Positions 47,314 through 57,445 are shown, counted from the first letter of the stretch. The stretch: DNA of 64,000 nt from Actinomycetes bacterium (GCA_024222295.1 JAAEPF010000033.1:31691-95690); one strand, 5' to 3'. Notes: generated by a model not told the origin, from the sequence alone. Numbers and translations: made by a program.

Positions 47314-48419
47314 ACCCCGTCATGGCGTCCGAGGACCCCGACGGCGGTGTGGCAAAGCCCCTCGCACTCGAGCTGCGCGCACTCGAGGTCGACTACGGCG
47401 CCGAACCGGTGCTGCGGGGCGTGGACCTGGACGTGCGCGAGGGCGAGGTGGTGGCACTGCTCGGCCCCTCGGGGTGTGGCAAGACCACGCTGCTGCGGGC
47501 GGTGGCCGGCTTCGTGCGTCCGGCGGTGGGAACGGTGCGCCTGGACGGTGAGGTCGTGTCGGGGCCCGGGCAGTGGGCAGCCCCCGAGCGGCGCCACGTC
47601 GGCCTGGTTCCCCAGGAGGGGGCGTTGTTCCCTCACCTCGACGTCGGTGGCAACGTCGGTTTCGGGCTGTCGCGAATGACCCGTGCGGCCCGGCGCGTCC
47701 GCGTGGCCGAGAGCCTGGAGCTGGTCGGGCTGGGAGGCGAGGAGCGACGCCGCCCCGCGGAATTGTCGGGCGGCCAGCAGCAGCGCGTGGCACTGGCCCG
47801 CGCGCTGGCACCGGAACCGGCGGTCGTCCTGCTGGACGAGCCGTTCTCGGCCCTCGACGCAACGTTGCGAACACAGGTGCGCGACGACGTCCGCGAGGTG
47901 CTGCACGCCGCAGGAGCGACTGCCATCATGGTCACCCATGACCAGGAAGAGGCGCTGTCATTCGCCGGCCGCGTCGCCGTCATGCGTGACGGTCGCCTCG
48001 CCCAGGTGGCTGACCCGGTCACCCTCTACCAGCACCCCGCAGACCTCGGGGTGGCCGAGTTCGTGGGGGAGTCGGTGCGCATCGACGGCGTCATGGTTGC
48101 GGGCATGATCCAGACGGTGCTCGGAGAGCTCGAGTACGAGCTGCCGCCTGAGCACGCCCTCGCTGATCGCCCCGAGGACGGCGACGAGGTCGCCGTGGCC
48201 CTGCGGCCCGAGCAGGTGGTGCTTGATTCCGGCGACGGCGCAACCGTGAAGGCAGAGGTGCTCGGGTCCACCTACTTCGGCCACGACGCACTGGTTCGCC
48301 TGGCCATCCATGCCGGCCCCCAGGAGGTCCTGGCCCGGATCCACCGGGCGAGGCTTCCGGAGCTGGGCGCGACGGTCGGAATACGTGTTGACGGGGCCGT
48401 GGCGGCGTTCAGGCGGTAG
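47310..48419 (+). CDS. Fe(III) ABC transporter ATP-binding protein (FbpC-like)
   Basis: GPSGCGKTTLLR, LSGGQQQRVALARAL, VVLLDEPFSALD, plus a C-terminal TOBE-like domain. ATG 47310 overlaps the permease stop (ATGA). Confidence 0.88.
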   Translation: MNPVMASEDPDGGVAKPLALELRALEVDYGAEPVLRGVDLDVREGEVVALLGPSGCGKTTLLRAVAGFVRPAVGTVRLDGEVVSGPGQWAAPERRHVGLVPQEGALFPHLDVGGNVGFGLSRMTRAARRVRVAESLELVGLGGEERRRPAELSGGQQQRVALARALAPEPAVVLLDEPFSALDATLRTQVRDDVREVLHAAGATAIMVTHDQEEALSFAGRVAVMRDGRLAQVADPVTLYQHPADLGVAEFVGESVRIDGVMVAGMIQTVLGELEYELPPEHALADRPEDGDEVAVALRPEQVVLDSGDGATVKAEVLGSTYFGHDALVRLAIHAGPQEVLARIHRARLPELGATVGIRVDGAVAAFRR

Positions 48420-48477
48420 CAGAGACCCCCATTTTCCAGGGTTCCGCGGGGAATCACTGGTTCCGAAACGCTGTTCC

Positions 48478-48492
48478 GCTGTACGGTACAGC
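48478..48492. promoter_or_regulatory. Perfect palindrome GCTGTAC-G-GTACAGC overlapping a putative -10 (TACGGT), one nt before the cupin gene start codon
   Basis: Read directly from the sequence. Preceded by three GTTCCG direct repeats (48441, 48460, 48473). Confidence 0.3.
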
Positions 48493-48493
48493 T

Positions 48494-49387
48494 ATGCGCC
48501 CTCATGTTGAATTGATCGATCAGAAGGACCTCCTCTGGCACGCGGCCGAGTTCGTCGGTGCTACAGGAGACGCCCGGCAGCGGAACCTCGCCTACGACGA
48601 GGAGGACGGATCGGCCTCACTGAAGGTGGTCTTCGACACCGACTGGAGTCGGCCCGGCGGGGTGCACACCGCCGAGACAGAGTGGTTCGTGCTGAGCGGC
48701 CAGGTGCGTGTCGGAGAGCACGAGCTCAACGAGGGCGGGTACTGGCAGGCACCGATCGGTGTCTACACGCCTTCCATCGAGGTCGATGCCGGCACCGAGA
48801 TCCTCCTGTTCCGTGAGTTCGGCGACTGGGGCTTCGAGGTGCGCGACGACAGCCTCGACACCATCCGCGACGACCAGGAGTTCTCCGTGGTGCACTCCAA
48901 GGAGATGGACTGGTTGACCGTCGAGATCGGCAGTCCCATGCGCTTCGACCTCGGTGGCACGCCGCAGCCGGGCCTGTTCATCAAGATGCTGCACCGCGAT
49001 GAGAAGACGGGCTTCTACACCCGCCTCATCAAGGCCGAGCCGGGCTGGCGCGAGCATCCCCTCGCGCACCACCCCTGTTTCGAGGAGGCGTACTGCCTCG
49101 AGGGTGCTTTTGAGTACAACTGGGGCACGATGTGGCCCGGCACCTACTTCTTCCGTCCCGCGCTGGTGCGTCACGGCGATTTCACATCGGGCAAGGAGGA
49201 GGGCTGCACCTGGATCGTGCGTTGCGACGGTGACCTCGTCGACTGGTACACCGAGAACGGCCGGGTGGAGATGAGCGGCGACGCGGTCAACTGGGGCCCG
49301 GAGTTGCCCCACACGATCGCGCCGGTCATCGTCATGCCCGTGCGCTCACGCTCCATCGCCGACATGGAGGATCCCTCGTACCAGTGA
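48494..49387 (+). CDS. Cupin-domain (bicupin-like) protein
   Basis: 297 aa. Two beta-barrel-like halves (GGVHTAETEWFVLSGQVRVGEH..., HHPCFEEAYCLEGAFEY...). No SD. TACGGT lies 6 nt upstream of the ATG. Confidence 0.6.
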   Translation: MRPHVELIDQKDLLWHAAEFVGATGDARQRNLAYDEEDGSASLKVVFDTDWSRPGGVHTAETEWFVLSGQVRVGEHELNEGGYWQAPIGVYTPSIEVDAGTEILLFREFGDWGFEVRDDSLDTIRDDQEFSVVHSKEMDWLTVEIGSPMRFDLGGTPQPGLFIKMLHRDEKTGFYTRLIKAEPGWREHPLAHHPCFEEAYCLEGAFEYNWGTMWPGTYFFRPALVRHGDFTSGKEEGCTWIVRCDGDLVDWYTENGRVEMSGDAVNWGPELPHTIAPVIVMPVRSRSIADMEDPSYQ

Positions 49388-49412
49388 GGGAGCATCCCTC
49401 GTACCAGTGAGG
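49371..49412. repeat. Tandem duplication of 19 nt (ATCCCTCGTACCAGTGAGG, period 23) spanning the cupin gene stop codon
   Basis: Copies at 49371-49389 and 49394-49412 are identical. Confidence 0.9.
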
Positions 49413-49433
49413 ACAGCCCGATAGCCTGCGCCC

Positions 49434-49733
49434 ATGGGTTGCGGTTGCCTGCTCCTGCTCGCCTCGGCGGTTTCGCCGCGCCTTGCGGTGTTCCTGATGT
49501 GGGTCTTCACCGACCGGCTGACGATCGCACTCAACTCGTTCTGGCTGGGCCTGGCCGGGTTCATCTTCGTTCCGTGGACCACGTTCGTCTACGCGGCGGC
49601 CTACGAGCCGGGCAGGGGAGTGACCGGTATCGGCCTCGCCCTGGTGGTGTTCGCGTTCCTCGTCGACGTCGCTTCGTGGTTCGGTGGAGGCGACTCCTAC
49701 CGCAAGCGGGGCAACAGCCAGTCCTACGCCTGA
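49434..49733 (+). CDS. Small membrane protein (3 TM), unknown function
   Basis: 99 aa with hydrophobic segments and a basic C-terminus. Confidence 0.5.
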   Translation: MGCGCLLLLASAVSPRLAVFLMWVFTDRLTIALNSFWLGLAGFIFVPWTTFVYAAAYEPGRGVTGIGLALVVFAFLVDVASWFGGGDSYRKRGNSQSYA

Positions 49734-49734
49734 C

Positions 49735-52700
49735 TCACCGCTGCAGCCTCAGCGTGGCGAACTCGTGCGCGCCGAGCGAGAAGGCGGCTGCGCCGCCGTG
49801 CACGACCACAGGCGGCCCCTGACCGGCGCCGAGGGGTTCCTCGAGTGCATTGCATGCGACTGCGCCGGAGATGGGCGTGGCGCAGCCCAACCGGCAGTCG
49901 ACGCGGTCTCCCGCAGCGGACCACAGCCGGACCACCAGGTCACCGGAACCATCGTCGGCAAGCTTGACCGCGGAGACCTGCACGCCCTCGCCCGCCACCG
50001 ACACGACCGGTTCCACATCGGGGGATCCGTCGCCCGGTCCGTCGAAGAACCGCAGGGGTCGGTTGAGGGCCTCTGCCTCGGCGACCACCTCTGCAAGCCC
50101 CGGCCCGTGCGGCAGGAGTGCGAGCGTGGTCACGTGGTGTCCGCGATCCGCCGTGGGGTCGGGGTACAGGGGTGCGCGCAGCAGGCTGACGCGCACTCCG
50201 CCGTCCTGCAGCGCATGGCCGTGGCGGCCGTTGTTGAGCACCGCCACTCCGAAAGACTGCTCTGACAGGTCGACCCAGCGCTGGGCGCAAACCTCGAACT
50301 TCGCGTCATCCCACGACGTGTTGCGATGCGTCGGTCGGTACTCGTGGCCGAACTGGACCTCGCAAGCGGCGCGGTCGGTGCGCACATCGAGCGGGAAGTC
50401 GATGGCAAGCAGTTGCTCGGACTCCTGCCAGTCGACATCGACGTGCACATCGAGTCGGCCGGAGCCCGCCGTCAGCGTGAAGTCCTGGGCAACGCGGGAA
50501 TCACCGAACTCGCGGATCACGCGCACCGTTCCCACGAGTGGGCCGCTCTCGAGCACGGTGACCTCGGTGGCGGGCCCGAGCGGCTGCGCGCGGCCAGCGG
50601 TCCACTGCTCGACATCCCACGCGTCGTACTCGACCGGTGTGTCGGGGGCGACGGTGAGTCTTCCCGCCGTCGTCCCCGGCGGCAGCACCTCGCGCCCGCG
50701 CATCCGGTCGAACACGGAGGTCACGTTGCCGGCCTCGTCGAAGCGCACCTCGAGCGCACCGTTGACGAGGCGCCCTGCAGATGCCACGACCTGGTCACCG
50801 GGGTCCACGGCCCGTGCCGGCGCCAGGCCCAGTGCCGGTGCCGACGCCGCGAACGCGAGGCTGCCGTCGGCGAGTTCCTGCACCGGTGCCCCGCCAGGCG
50901 GTGGCGTGGTGCTGCGGACGACCTCGGTGCGAGACGTGGATGCGGAGTTGGCGATGCAGGCGGCGCCCCCCGACAGCCGCCCCAAGGCCTCGCTGGACAA
51001 CTGCCGTGCGCGTTCCAGCACCGTCGCGTGGTCGCGCTCGGCGTCCTCGTGAACCCAGGCAATGGACGAGCCGGGGATGATGTCGTGGAACTGATGTGTG
51101 AGCACCGTCTTCCACATGGAGTCGAGCTCACCCGAGGCGCTGTTGTCACCGAGGCTGGCCAGCCAGACCTCTGCGTCACGCAGTGCATCCTCGCAGCGCC
51201 GGTTGCCCACCTTCGTGGCGGCCTGCGAGGTGAAGGTGCCCCGGTGCATCTCGAAGTAGAGCTCGCCCATCCAGCGCGGCGCGCCACTGCGCTGAACCTC
51301 GGATTCGACGGATTCGAAGAACCGCGCCGGACCCTCGATGGTGACCCTCGGCAGCTCCGCCAGGTCCGACAGCACCCGGGCCCGCTCCAGCATCTCGCGG
51401 GTGGGGCCGCCGCCACCGTCGCCGTGGCCGAACGGCATCAGCGAATGGTCAGACCACGCGTGGTCGCGGAAGTTGGCCACCACATGGGTCAACTCGCGGG
51501 GGTTCACCTCGGCGTTGTAGGTGTCAACGGGAGGGAAGTGGGCGAGGACCTCGGAGCCGTCGATGCCCTCCCAGACGAAGGTGTGGTGCGGGAAGCGGTT
51601 GGCCTTGTTCCAGCTGAGCTTCTGGGTGACGAACCGGGTGGCCCCGCCGGAGCGGAACACCTGGGGCAGGTTGCCCGGGTAGCCGAACACATCGGGGATC
51701 CACACCTCGTCACAGCGCATCCCGAAGCGTGATTCGAAGTAGCGCTGGCCGTGCACCATCTGGCGCACCAGGGATTCGCCCGACGGCAGGTTCATGTCGG
51801 CCTCCACCCACATGCCTCCGACGGGCAACCATTGCCCGGACGCCACGTGGGACCGGATCGAGTCGAAGAGCTCGGGGTGGTCCTGCTCGATCCAGGAGTA
51901 CTGGACCGCCTGCGAGCAAGCGAACCGGTGCTCGGGGTAGCGGTCCATGAGGTCGATCTGGTTCGAGAACGTGCGGGCGCACTTGCGGCGCGTCTCGCGA
52001 AGGGGCCACAGCCAGGCGGTGTCGATGTGGGCATGGCCGATCGCGCTCACGCGGTGCGAGTTGTGTGCAGCCGGCCAATCGAGACCCTGCGCGAGGATCG
52101 CCCGGGCGCCCGGTGCCGTTCCGGGAACGTCGGCCGGGTCGAGCGCGTCATAGGCGAGCTGGAAAGTGGTGGCGAGACGCTTGCGTCGACGGTGGCCCCG
52201 CGGCAGCACGCGCATCGCCTCGTTCAGCAGGCCGATGTCCGCGATGAGGCGCCGGACCTCGAGGTCGACCGTTTGCAGCCAGACTCCGCCGAATGTGTAC
52301 AGCGGCCGGTCGCCGGCAGTGGCGAGCGAGCCCATCGGATTGGCCGTGAAGGACGTGGTGAAGTCGGGGTTGGCTGCCGCCTCGATGAGGAAGTCGATGC
52401 CCCCGGCACCGCCCGCCACGTCCAGCGGGATGGCGCGGCGCATCGGGTGCACGCCGCAGCGGATCCGTCCATCGACGTAGACGGCACCCTCGGCCTGGAA
52501 GCCGGCCATCCCACCCGTGAAGCCGAGCTCGGCAACGACCTCGGTGAGGCGCCGCTCGCAGCCGCCAGCCTGAGGAGACGGTCCGTTGACATGGAACCAG
52601 GTGGTGCCCCATGGCCTGCCCCATGGCGTGCCGGCGTCGATTGGCTCGAACGGCGAACCCTCGATGTCGGCAACTGGCACCGGCTCGCCATCGAGGGTGA

Positions 52701-52806
52701 GCGCGGAGACATCGAGGGGCACCCGGGCGAGGGTCTCCGCCGGCAGGATGCGCTCGATCAGCTCACGTGTGATCCGGTTCTCGAGGATGCGGTCGCTGTC
52801 GTGCAC
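49735..52806 (-). CDS. Glycoside hydrolase family 38 alpha-mannosidase
   Basis: 1023 aa. GHAHIDTAWLWPLRETRRKCARTFSNQ is the GH38 N-terminal signature. Confidence 0.88.
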   Translation of the reverse strand: MHDSDRILENRITRELIERILPAETLARVPLDVSALTLDGEPVPVADIEGSPFEPIDAGTPWGRPWGTTWFHVNGPSPQAGGCERRLTEVVAELGFTGGMAGFQAEGAVYVDGRIRCGVHPMRRAIPLDVAGGAGGIDFLIEAAANPDFTTSFTANPMGSLATAGDRPLYTFGGVWLQTVDLEVRRLIADIGLLNEAMRVLPRGHRRRKRLATTFQLAYDALDPADVPGTAPGARAILAQGLDWPAAHNSHRVSAIGHAHIDTAWLWPLRETRRKCARTFSNQIDLMDRYPEHRFACSQAVQYSWIEQDHPELFDSIRSHVASGQWLPVGGMWVEADMNLPSGESLVRQMVHGQRYFESRFGMRCDEVWIPDVFGYPGNLPQVFRSGGATRFVTQKLSWNKANRFPHHTFVWEGIDGSEVLAHFPPVDTYNAEVNPRELTHVVANFRDHAWSDHSLMPFGHGDGGGGPTREMLERARVLSDLAELPRVTIEGPARFFESVESEVQRSGAPRWMGELYFEMHRGTFTSQAATKVGNRRCEDALRDAEVWLASLGDNSASGELDSMWKTVLTHQFHDIIPGSSIAWVHEDAERDHATVLERARQLSSEALGRLSGGAACIANSASTSRTEVVRSTTPPPGGAPVQELADGSLAFAASAPALGLAPARAVDPGDQVVASAGRLVNGALEVRFDEAGNVTSVFDRMRGREVLPPGTTAGRLTVAPDTPVEYDAWDVEQWTAGRAQPLGPATEVTVLESGPLVGTVRVIREFGDSRVAQDFTLTAGSGRLDVHVDVDWQESEQLLAIDFPLDVRTDRAACEVQFGHEYRPTHRNTSWDDAKFEVCAQRWVDLSEQSFGVAVLNNGRHGHALQDGGVRVSLLRAPLYPDPTADRGHHVTTLALLPHGPGLAEVVAEAEALNRPLRFFDGPGDGSPDVEPVVSVAGEGVQVSAVKLADDGSGDLVVRLWSAAGDRVDCRLGCATPISGAVACNALEEPLGAGQGPPVVVHGGAAAFSLGAHEFATLRLQR

Positions 52807-52824
52807 GTCCGGAGAATAGGCGGG

Positions 52825-53133
52825 TCACCAGATCGCCGTGAGCCCCCACACGGCAACCATGCCGACCGTCAGCGTCCAGCCGACCGAGCGAGTCCATACG
52901 GCCACGCCGACGGCGATCGCCATCGCCACGTACCACGGTCCGAACGGGCGCAGTTCTCCACCATCGAACAGCACGGCGTTGGCGACCAGGGCCGGCAGCA
53001 CGGCTGCAGGGATGAGCCGCAGGGTGGATTCCAGTCGGGGCGGAATCCTGCGGCCCGCTGCCGCCACGATCACCGACAGGCGCATCAGGTAGGTGCCGAT
53101 GGCCACGACCACCATCTGGATCGTGAAGCTCAC
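52825..53133 (-). CDS. azlD: AzlD-family branched-chain amino acid transport protein
   Basis: 102 aa. IGTYLMRLSVIV... GTG 53133 overlaps the azlC stop (GTGA). Confidence 0.7.
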   Translation of the reverse strand: MSFTIQMVVVAIGTYLMRLSVIVAAAGRRIPPRLESTLRLIPAAVLPALVANAVLFDGGELRPFGPWYVAMAIAVGVAVWTRSVGWTLTVGMVAVWGLTAIW

Positions 53134-53843
53134 CGGGCCGCCTCCGTTGACCTGGGTCGGTCGACGGCGGCACCGGCGGCGATGCCGACCAGGCCTCCCA
53201 CCAGGATGTTGGTGCCTGGTGGCAGCCCGCCGGCGGCGAACGTGACCGCAACGGACACCAGGGCCGCAACAACAGCGGGGCGGCGTGTGAGCGCCGGAAC
53301 CGCAAGCGCAGTGAACATCAACGGGATGATGAACGCGAGCTGGAGCCCGCCGGGCACCTGCGCACCGCCCACCAGGCCCACGAGCGTGCCGATCTGCCAG
53401 AAGGTGAACAGGGTCGAGGCCGCCCCGAGGTAGAACCACCGCCTCGCCACGGGGTCGTGTTCGGTCTCGTACTCGAGCGCCGAGAGGGTGGCTGCCTGGT
53501 CCGTCATGAGGTGGGCCAGGCCGAAGCGCCAACGGGGCGGGAACTCACCGAAGGCCGGCGCGAGCGTCGCCGAGTAGAGGATGAACCGTGCGTTGATCGC
53601 CAGCGCTGTGCCGATGGCCACCAACGGGGCGGCGCCCTCGACGTTCAGCTCCAGCAGCGACAGCTGGGAAGCACCGGCGAATATCGCCACGCTGGCGCCG
53701 GCGCCGGCGAACACGTTGACGTCGCTCTGGCTGACGGCGACCCCGTAGACCGCACCAAACGGGAAGACCCCTATCGCCAGCACGAGGGCGCGCCTTGCGC
53801 CTGCGCGCAGGGCCGCATCGGATCGTCTGGAGAGCAGGCCCAC
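53130..53843 (-). CDS. azlC: AzlC-family branched-chain amino acid exporter permease
   Basis: 237 aa. FPFGAVYGVAV...FAGASQL pattern, paired with azlD. Confidence 0.75.
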   Translation of the reverse strand: MGLLSRRSDAALRAGARRALVLAIGVFPFGAVYGVAVSQSDVNVFAGAGASVAIFAGASQLSLLELNVEGAAPLVAIGTALAINARFILYSATLAPAFGEFPPRWRFGLAHLMTDQAATLSALEYETEHDPVARRWFYLGAASTLFTFWQIGTLVGLVGGAQVPGGLQLAFIIPLMFTALAVPALTRRPAVVAALVSVAVTFAAGGLPPGTNILVGGLVGIAAGAAVDRPRSTEAAR

Positions 53844-53861
53844 GGCGGGCAGGTTCGCGGC

Positions 53862-54263
53862 TCAGTAGGCCGAGCGCCAGTGGCTTTCGGTGATCACGGA
53901 TTCCCGGTTGATGTCGAGCATCCTCGTGAGCCACTCGCGGAAGCCCGGCGACTCGTCGGCGATCTCGATGCCATAGAAGCACCAGCCTGCATCGGTGGTC
54001 GGTATGACCCTGCGGATCCTGGCCACGAAGTAGGCATTGTCGTCGACGTGCACCTCGACCGCCTTGCCGGGGGTGAGGGTTGGGTCCGTGGGTGCCACCA
54101 CCCCGGCGCCGCTCGCGGAGACATTTCGCAGGTAGGCATGGCCGGGCTGGGCGACAGGGCCCTTGCGCCGCCTCCTCCGCCGAGGCTCCGGGTCGTTGCG
54201 TGTCCAACGTACGCGCAGGTCACCGACGTCCATGCGTTCGCCGACCCGCTTCTCGTACGACAT
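53862..54263 (-). CDS. PilZ-domain protein (putative c-di-GMP receptor)
   Basis: RRRRRRK (RxxxR) followed about 12 residues later by LRNVSASGAGV (D/NxSxxG). Confidence 0.6.
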   Translation of the reverse strand: MSYEKRVGERMDVGDLRVRWTRNDPEPRRRRRRKGPVAQPGHAYLRNVSASGAGVVAPTDPTLTPGKAVEVHVDDNAYFVARIRRVIPTTDAGWCFYGIEIADESPGFREWLTRMLDINRESVITESHWRSAY

Positions 54264-54314
54264 GAGTACATGATCGGCCGCGATCTGCCGTTTGTGAAGG
54301 GTCGAACTACCCGG

Positions 54315-55154
54315 CTACAGACCCAGTTCCGCTGCCAGACGGTTCAGCGCAAGGTGTCCGAGTGGCAGTTCGACCCCTGATTCAGAACCCAGTTCGAGCG
54401 CCAGTGTCAGGTCCTTCTCGCCGAGGTTGCGAACGTGGTCGAGGGTTTCCCACCAGTCGTCGTCACGTTCCATGGGCTTCGCGCTGTCACGGAACATGAT
54501 CGCTCCGGGGCCACCGGTCACGGCGTCGCTGTGCCGCACGACGGACGCCAGGTCGCCAAGGCGCAGGTCGTTGGCCTCCGCGAGCCGCTGGGCCTCACCG
54601 GCAGCGGTGAACGCAACGAAGTGCATCAGGTTGCGCGCAAGTTTCATCTTCGTGCCGGCCCCGACCGGCCCCGCGTGCACGATCAGGTCGGCGAAGCGCG
54701 AGAACGGTCCACGAACCCGGTCGAGCGCCTCGGGGGACCCCCCGACCATGATGGCGAGACGGGCTTCGTGCGCACCCATGAAGCCGCCGGAGACCGGCGC
54801 ATCCACCAGCTCGATGCCACGCGCCGCGGCATCCGATGCCAGTTCGACCGCAGTGTCGGCGTGGATGGTGGAGTGCACGGCGACCACAGTGCCGGGTGCC
54901 GCCGAATCGAGCAGTTCCCCGACCACGAGCCGCACCTGTGCGTCGTTGAGCACCATCACCGAGATGACGCTGCACCGTTCGGCTACCTCGCCGGCAGATC
55001 CGGCAACGGTCGCGTCGTCCGCCGCGAACGACGCTGTGGCAGCCTCGGCGAGATCGCGCACGACGAGCCCGCCGGGCCAGCCGAGCAGGTGGCGTGCCAT
55101 CGGGGCACCGATGTTGCCGAGGCCCACGAATCCAATGGTTGGCTCATCACTCAT
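54315..55154 (-). CDS. NAD(P)-dependent 3-hydroxyisobutyrate/6-phosphogluconate dehydrogenase-family oxidoreductase
   Basis: IGFVGLGNIGAPMARHL Rossmann motif. DAPVSGG. KLARNL. Confidence 0.8.
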   Translation of the reverse strand: MSDEPTIGFVGLGNIGAPMARHLLGWPGGLVVRDLAEAATASFAADDATVAGSAGEVAERCSVISVMVLNDAQVRLVVGELLDSAAPGTVVAVHSTIHADTAVELASDAAARGIELVDAPVSGGFMGAHEARLAIMVGGSPEALDRVRGPFSRFADLIVHAGPVGAGTKMKLARNLMHFVAFTAAGEAQRLAEANDLRLGDLASVVRHSDAVTGGPGAIMFRDSAKPMERDDDWWETLDHVRNLGEKDLTLALELGSESGVELPLGHLALNRLAAELGL

Positions 55155-55190
55155 TGTCTGCTCCGTTCAGGGATGTCGATTCCGCAGGGC

Positions 55191-56654
55191 TCACGCGGGC
55201 TCGGCGATGCTCTTGGTCTGCAGGTACTCCTCGAAGCCCTCGAGGCCCATCTCGCGCCCGATGCCTGACTGCTTGTATCCGCCGAACGGCACGTCGCCGC
55301 CGTACCAGACGCCACCGTTCACGCTCATCGTGCCCGTGCGGACCTTCTTCGCGAAGTCCCAGGCGCGATCGAGGTCGGCGGAGTGGACCGCACCGGAGAG
55401 GCCATAGGGAGAGTCGTTGGCGATGGCGAGCGCGTCGTCGTCGCCATCGTGCGCGATCAGGGTCAGCACGGGGCCGAAGATCTCTTCGCGTGCGACCCGG
55501 GCGTTGTTGTCGAGTCCGGCAACCAGCGTTGGCTCTATCCAGTAGCCGCGGTCGCGGTCCGCCGGCCGCCCGCCGCCGGTTACGAACGTTCCCCCTTCGT
55601 TCTGGGCCACCTTCAGGTAGCCCTCGATGCGGTCGCGCTGTACCGCGGAGATGACGGGCCCGCAGAAGGTCGAGTCGTCATCGGGGTCACCGCAACCCAC
55701 TGACGCCATGATGGATGCGATCGCGTCCGCGTACTCGTCGTAGCGCGCCCGGGGCACCACGACCCTTGTGGTGAGGGCGCAACCCTGTCCGGCGTGTGTG
55801 CACCCCGCGATGCCCGCCATCGCTGCAATCGCCTGTGGGTCGGCGTCGTCGAGGGCCACGAAGGCCGACTTCCCCCCGAGCTCGAGGAACACCTTGGTGA
55901 GGTTCACGGCCGCGTCGGCGGCGACCTTGCGGCCGGTGTCGGTCGAGCCCGTGAAGCTGATCAGGTCGACGCGCCGGTCTCGGCTCATGATCGCTGCGAT
56001 GTCGGGTGTGGAGGACGTGACAACGTTGAGCACCCCGGGCGGTATGTCGGTGTGTTCGGCCACGATTCGGCCGAGAGCGGTGGCACACATGGGCGTGTCC
56101 GGTGCCGGCTTCAGCACCACGGTGCAGCCTGCTGCCAGAGCCGGAGCGACCTTGGCGAGGTTTATCTGCCACGGGAAGTTCCAGGGTGTGATGGCAGCGA
56201 CCACGCCAGCCGGCTCCTTGAGCACCCACCGGTGTGACGGTATGCCCATCGGTTCGGCGGTGCCGAGGTCGCGGCACCACTCGTAGTCCGACAACACCGA
56301 CGTGAGGAAGTCGATGTCGCCCACGGGCCCGTCGAACTGCGGGCCATGGGTGAGCAGGCGGGGAGCGCCCACTTCGGCGCGTGTGAGGTCCCGCAACTCC
56401 TCACCGTTGGCCACCAGCGCGTCGTGGAGCTGCTGCAGGCATTCACGCCTGAACTCCACATCGGTGGACCATGACGTCTCGTCGAAGGCCCGGCGGGCGG
56501 CGACCGTGGCGGCTTCGACCTCCGCGGGTCCGCCGTCCGCGACAGCCCCGATGACCTCTTCGTTGGCCGGGTTCACGACTTCGAACGTCACCCCGCCAGA
56601 GGCGCCGACGAGGGTGCCGTCGACCAGCATCTCCGCGCATATCTCGTAGCTCAT
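55191..56654 (-). CDS. Aldehyde dehydrogenase family protein
   Basis: FTGSTDTGRKV, ELGGKSAF, catalytic-Cys region HAGQGCALTTR, PFGGYKQSGIGRE. Confidence 0.88.
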   Translation of the reverse strand: MSYEICAEMLVDGTLVGASGGVTFEVVNPANEEVIGAVADGGPAEVEAATVAARRAFDETSWSTDVEFRRECLQQLHDALVANGEELRDLTRAEVGAPRLLTHGPQFDGPVGDIDFLTSVLSDYEWCRDLGTAEPMGIPSHRWVLKEPAGVVAAITPWNFPWQINLAKVAPALAAGCTVVLKPAPDTPMCATALGRIVAEHTDIPPGVLNVVTSSTPDIAAIMSRDRRVDLISFTGSTDTGRKVAADAAVNLTKVFLELGGKSAFVALDDADPQAIAAMAGIAGCTHAGQGCALTTRVVVPRARYDEYADAIASIMASVGCGDPDDDSTFCGPVISAVQRDRIEGYLKVAQNEGGTFVTGGGRPADRDRGYWIEPTLVAGLDNNARVAREEIFGPVLTLIAHDGDDDALAIANDSPYGLSGAVHSADLDRAWDFAKKVRTGTMSVNGGVWYGGDVPFGGYKQSGIGREMGLEGFEEYLQTKSIAEPA

Positions 56655-57445
56655 CGTGTTTCGTCCTTTGTCGGGGCCTCGGGTTCCACTTCCACGATCG
56701 TGAAATGCGTGCCCCGGGGCGCACCCACCACGAATTCAACCGCACGAGCGACCCCGTCCGGCTGCAGGTAGCCGCCGTGGCGCATCAGGCCGTGGCGGGT
56801 CCATTCGCTCATGAGGCCGGGCAGATCCTCCTCGGGGAAGTCCGACCCCATCTCGGTCAGGGTCGGTCCGGGTCGCACGATGGATGCCCGCACGCCGCTG
56901 CCCTCGAGTTCGAGCTGCATGGCCCGCGCCAGGCCCTCGAGGCCCCACTTCGATGCCACGTAGCTCGACATGGTGGGCCGCGGGACCCGCACCACATCCG
57001 AAGTCACGAACACGATGTCGCCCCTTGCGCGGTCGATCATGTGTGGCGCCGCCGCGTGCACCAGGTCCTGCACACCTGCGAGGTTGATGCGTAGCTGGCG
57101 GGAGAATTCGCCAGGAGACGTCTCGTGGGCCTTGGTGGGCAGCACGTCACCGGCCACCGACACCAGCACTTCGACCTCACCGAGGGCAGCCGCCGCCTGC
57201 TCCACGCATCGCCGCGGGCTCTGCTCGTCCGCGAGGTCGAGGGGTACGGCCAGCGCCTCGCCCCCTGCGGTGTTGATCTCGTGGGCCAGCTCCTCGAGCC
57301 GCCCGAGCCGCCGTGCTGCGAGGGCGACGGGGTGACCCGCTGCAGCCAGGCGCCGTGCACTGGCTTCGCCGATTCCCGATGAAGCGCCGGTGACGAGCGC
57401 GGTACGCCGGTCAGGGTGGCCCATGTCGGCCAGTCCGGTGGCCAT
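56651..57445 (-). CDS. SDR-family oxidoreductase
   Basis: TALVTGASSGIGEA (TGxxxGxG). YVASKWG (YxxxK). Its stop overlaps the ALDH start (ATGA). Its ATG shares 1 nt with the P450 stop. Confidence 0.85.
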   Translation of the reverse strand: MATGLADMGHPDRRTALVTGASSGIGEASARRLAAAGHPVALAARRLGRLEELAHEINTAGGEALAVPLDLADEQSPRRCVEQAAAALGEVEVLVSVAGDVLPTKAHETSPGEFSRQLRINLAGVQDLVHAAAPHMIDRARGDIVFVTSDVVRVPRPTMSSYVASKWGLEGLARAMQLELEGSGVRASIVRPGPTLTEMGSDFPEEDLPGLMSEWTRHGLMRHGGYLQPDGVARAVEFVVGAPRGTHFTIVEVEPEAPTKDETR

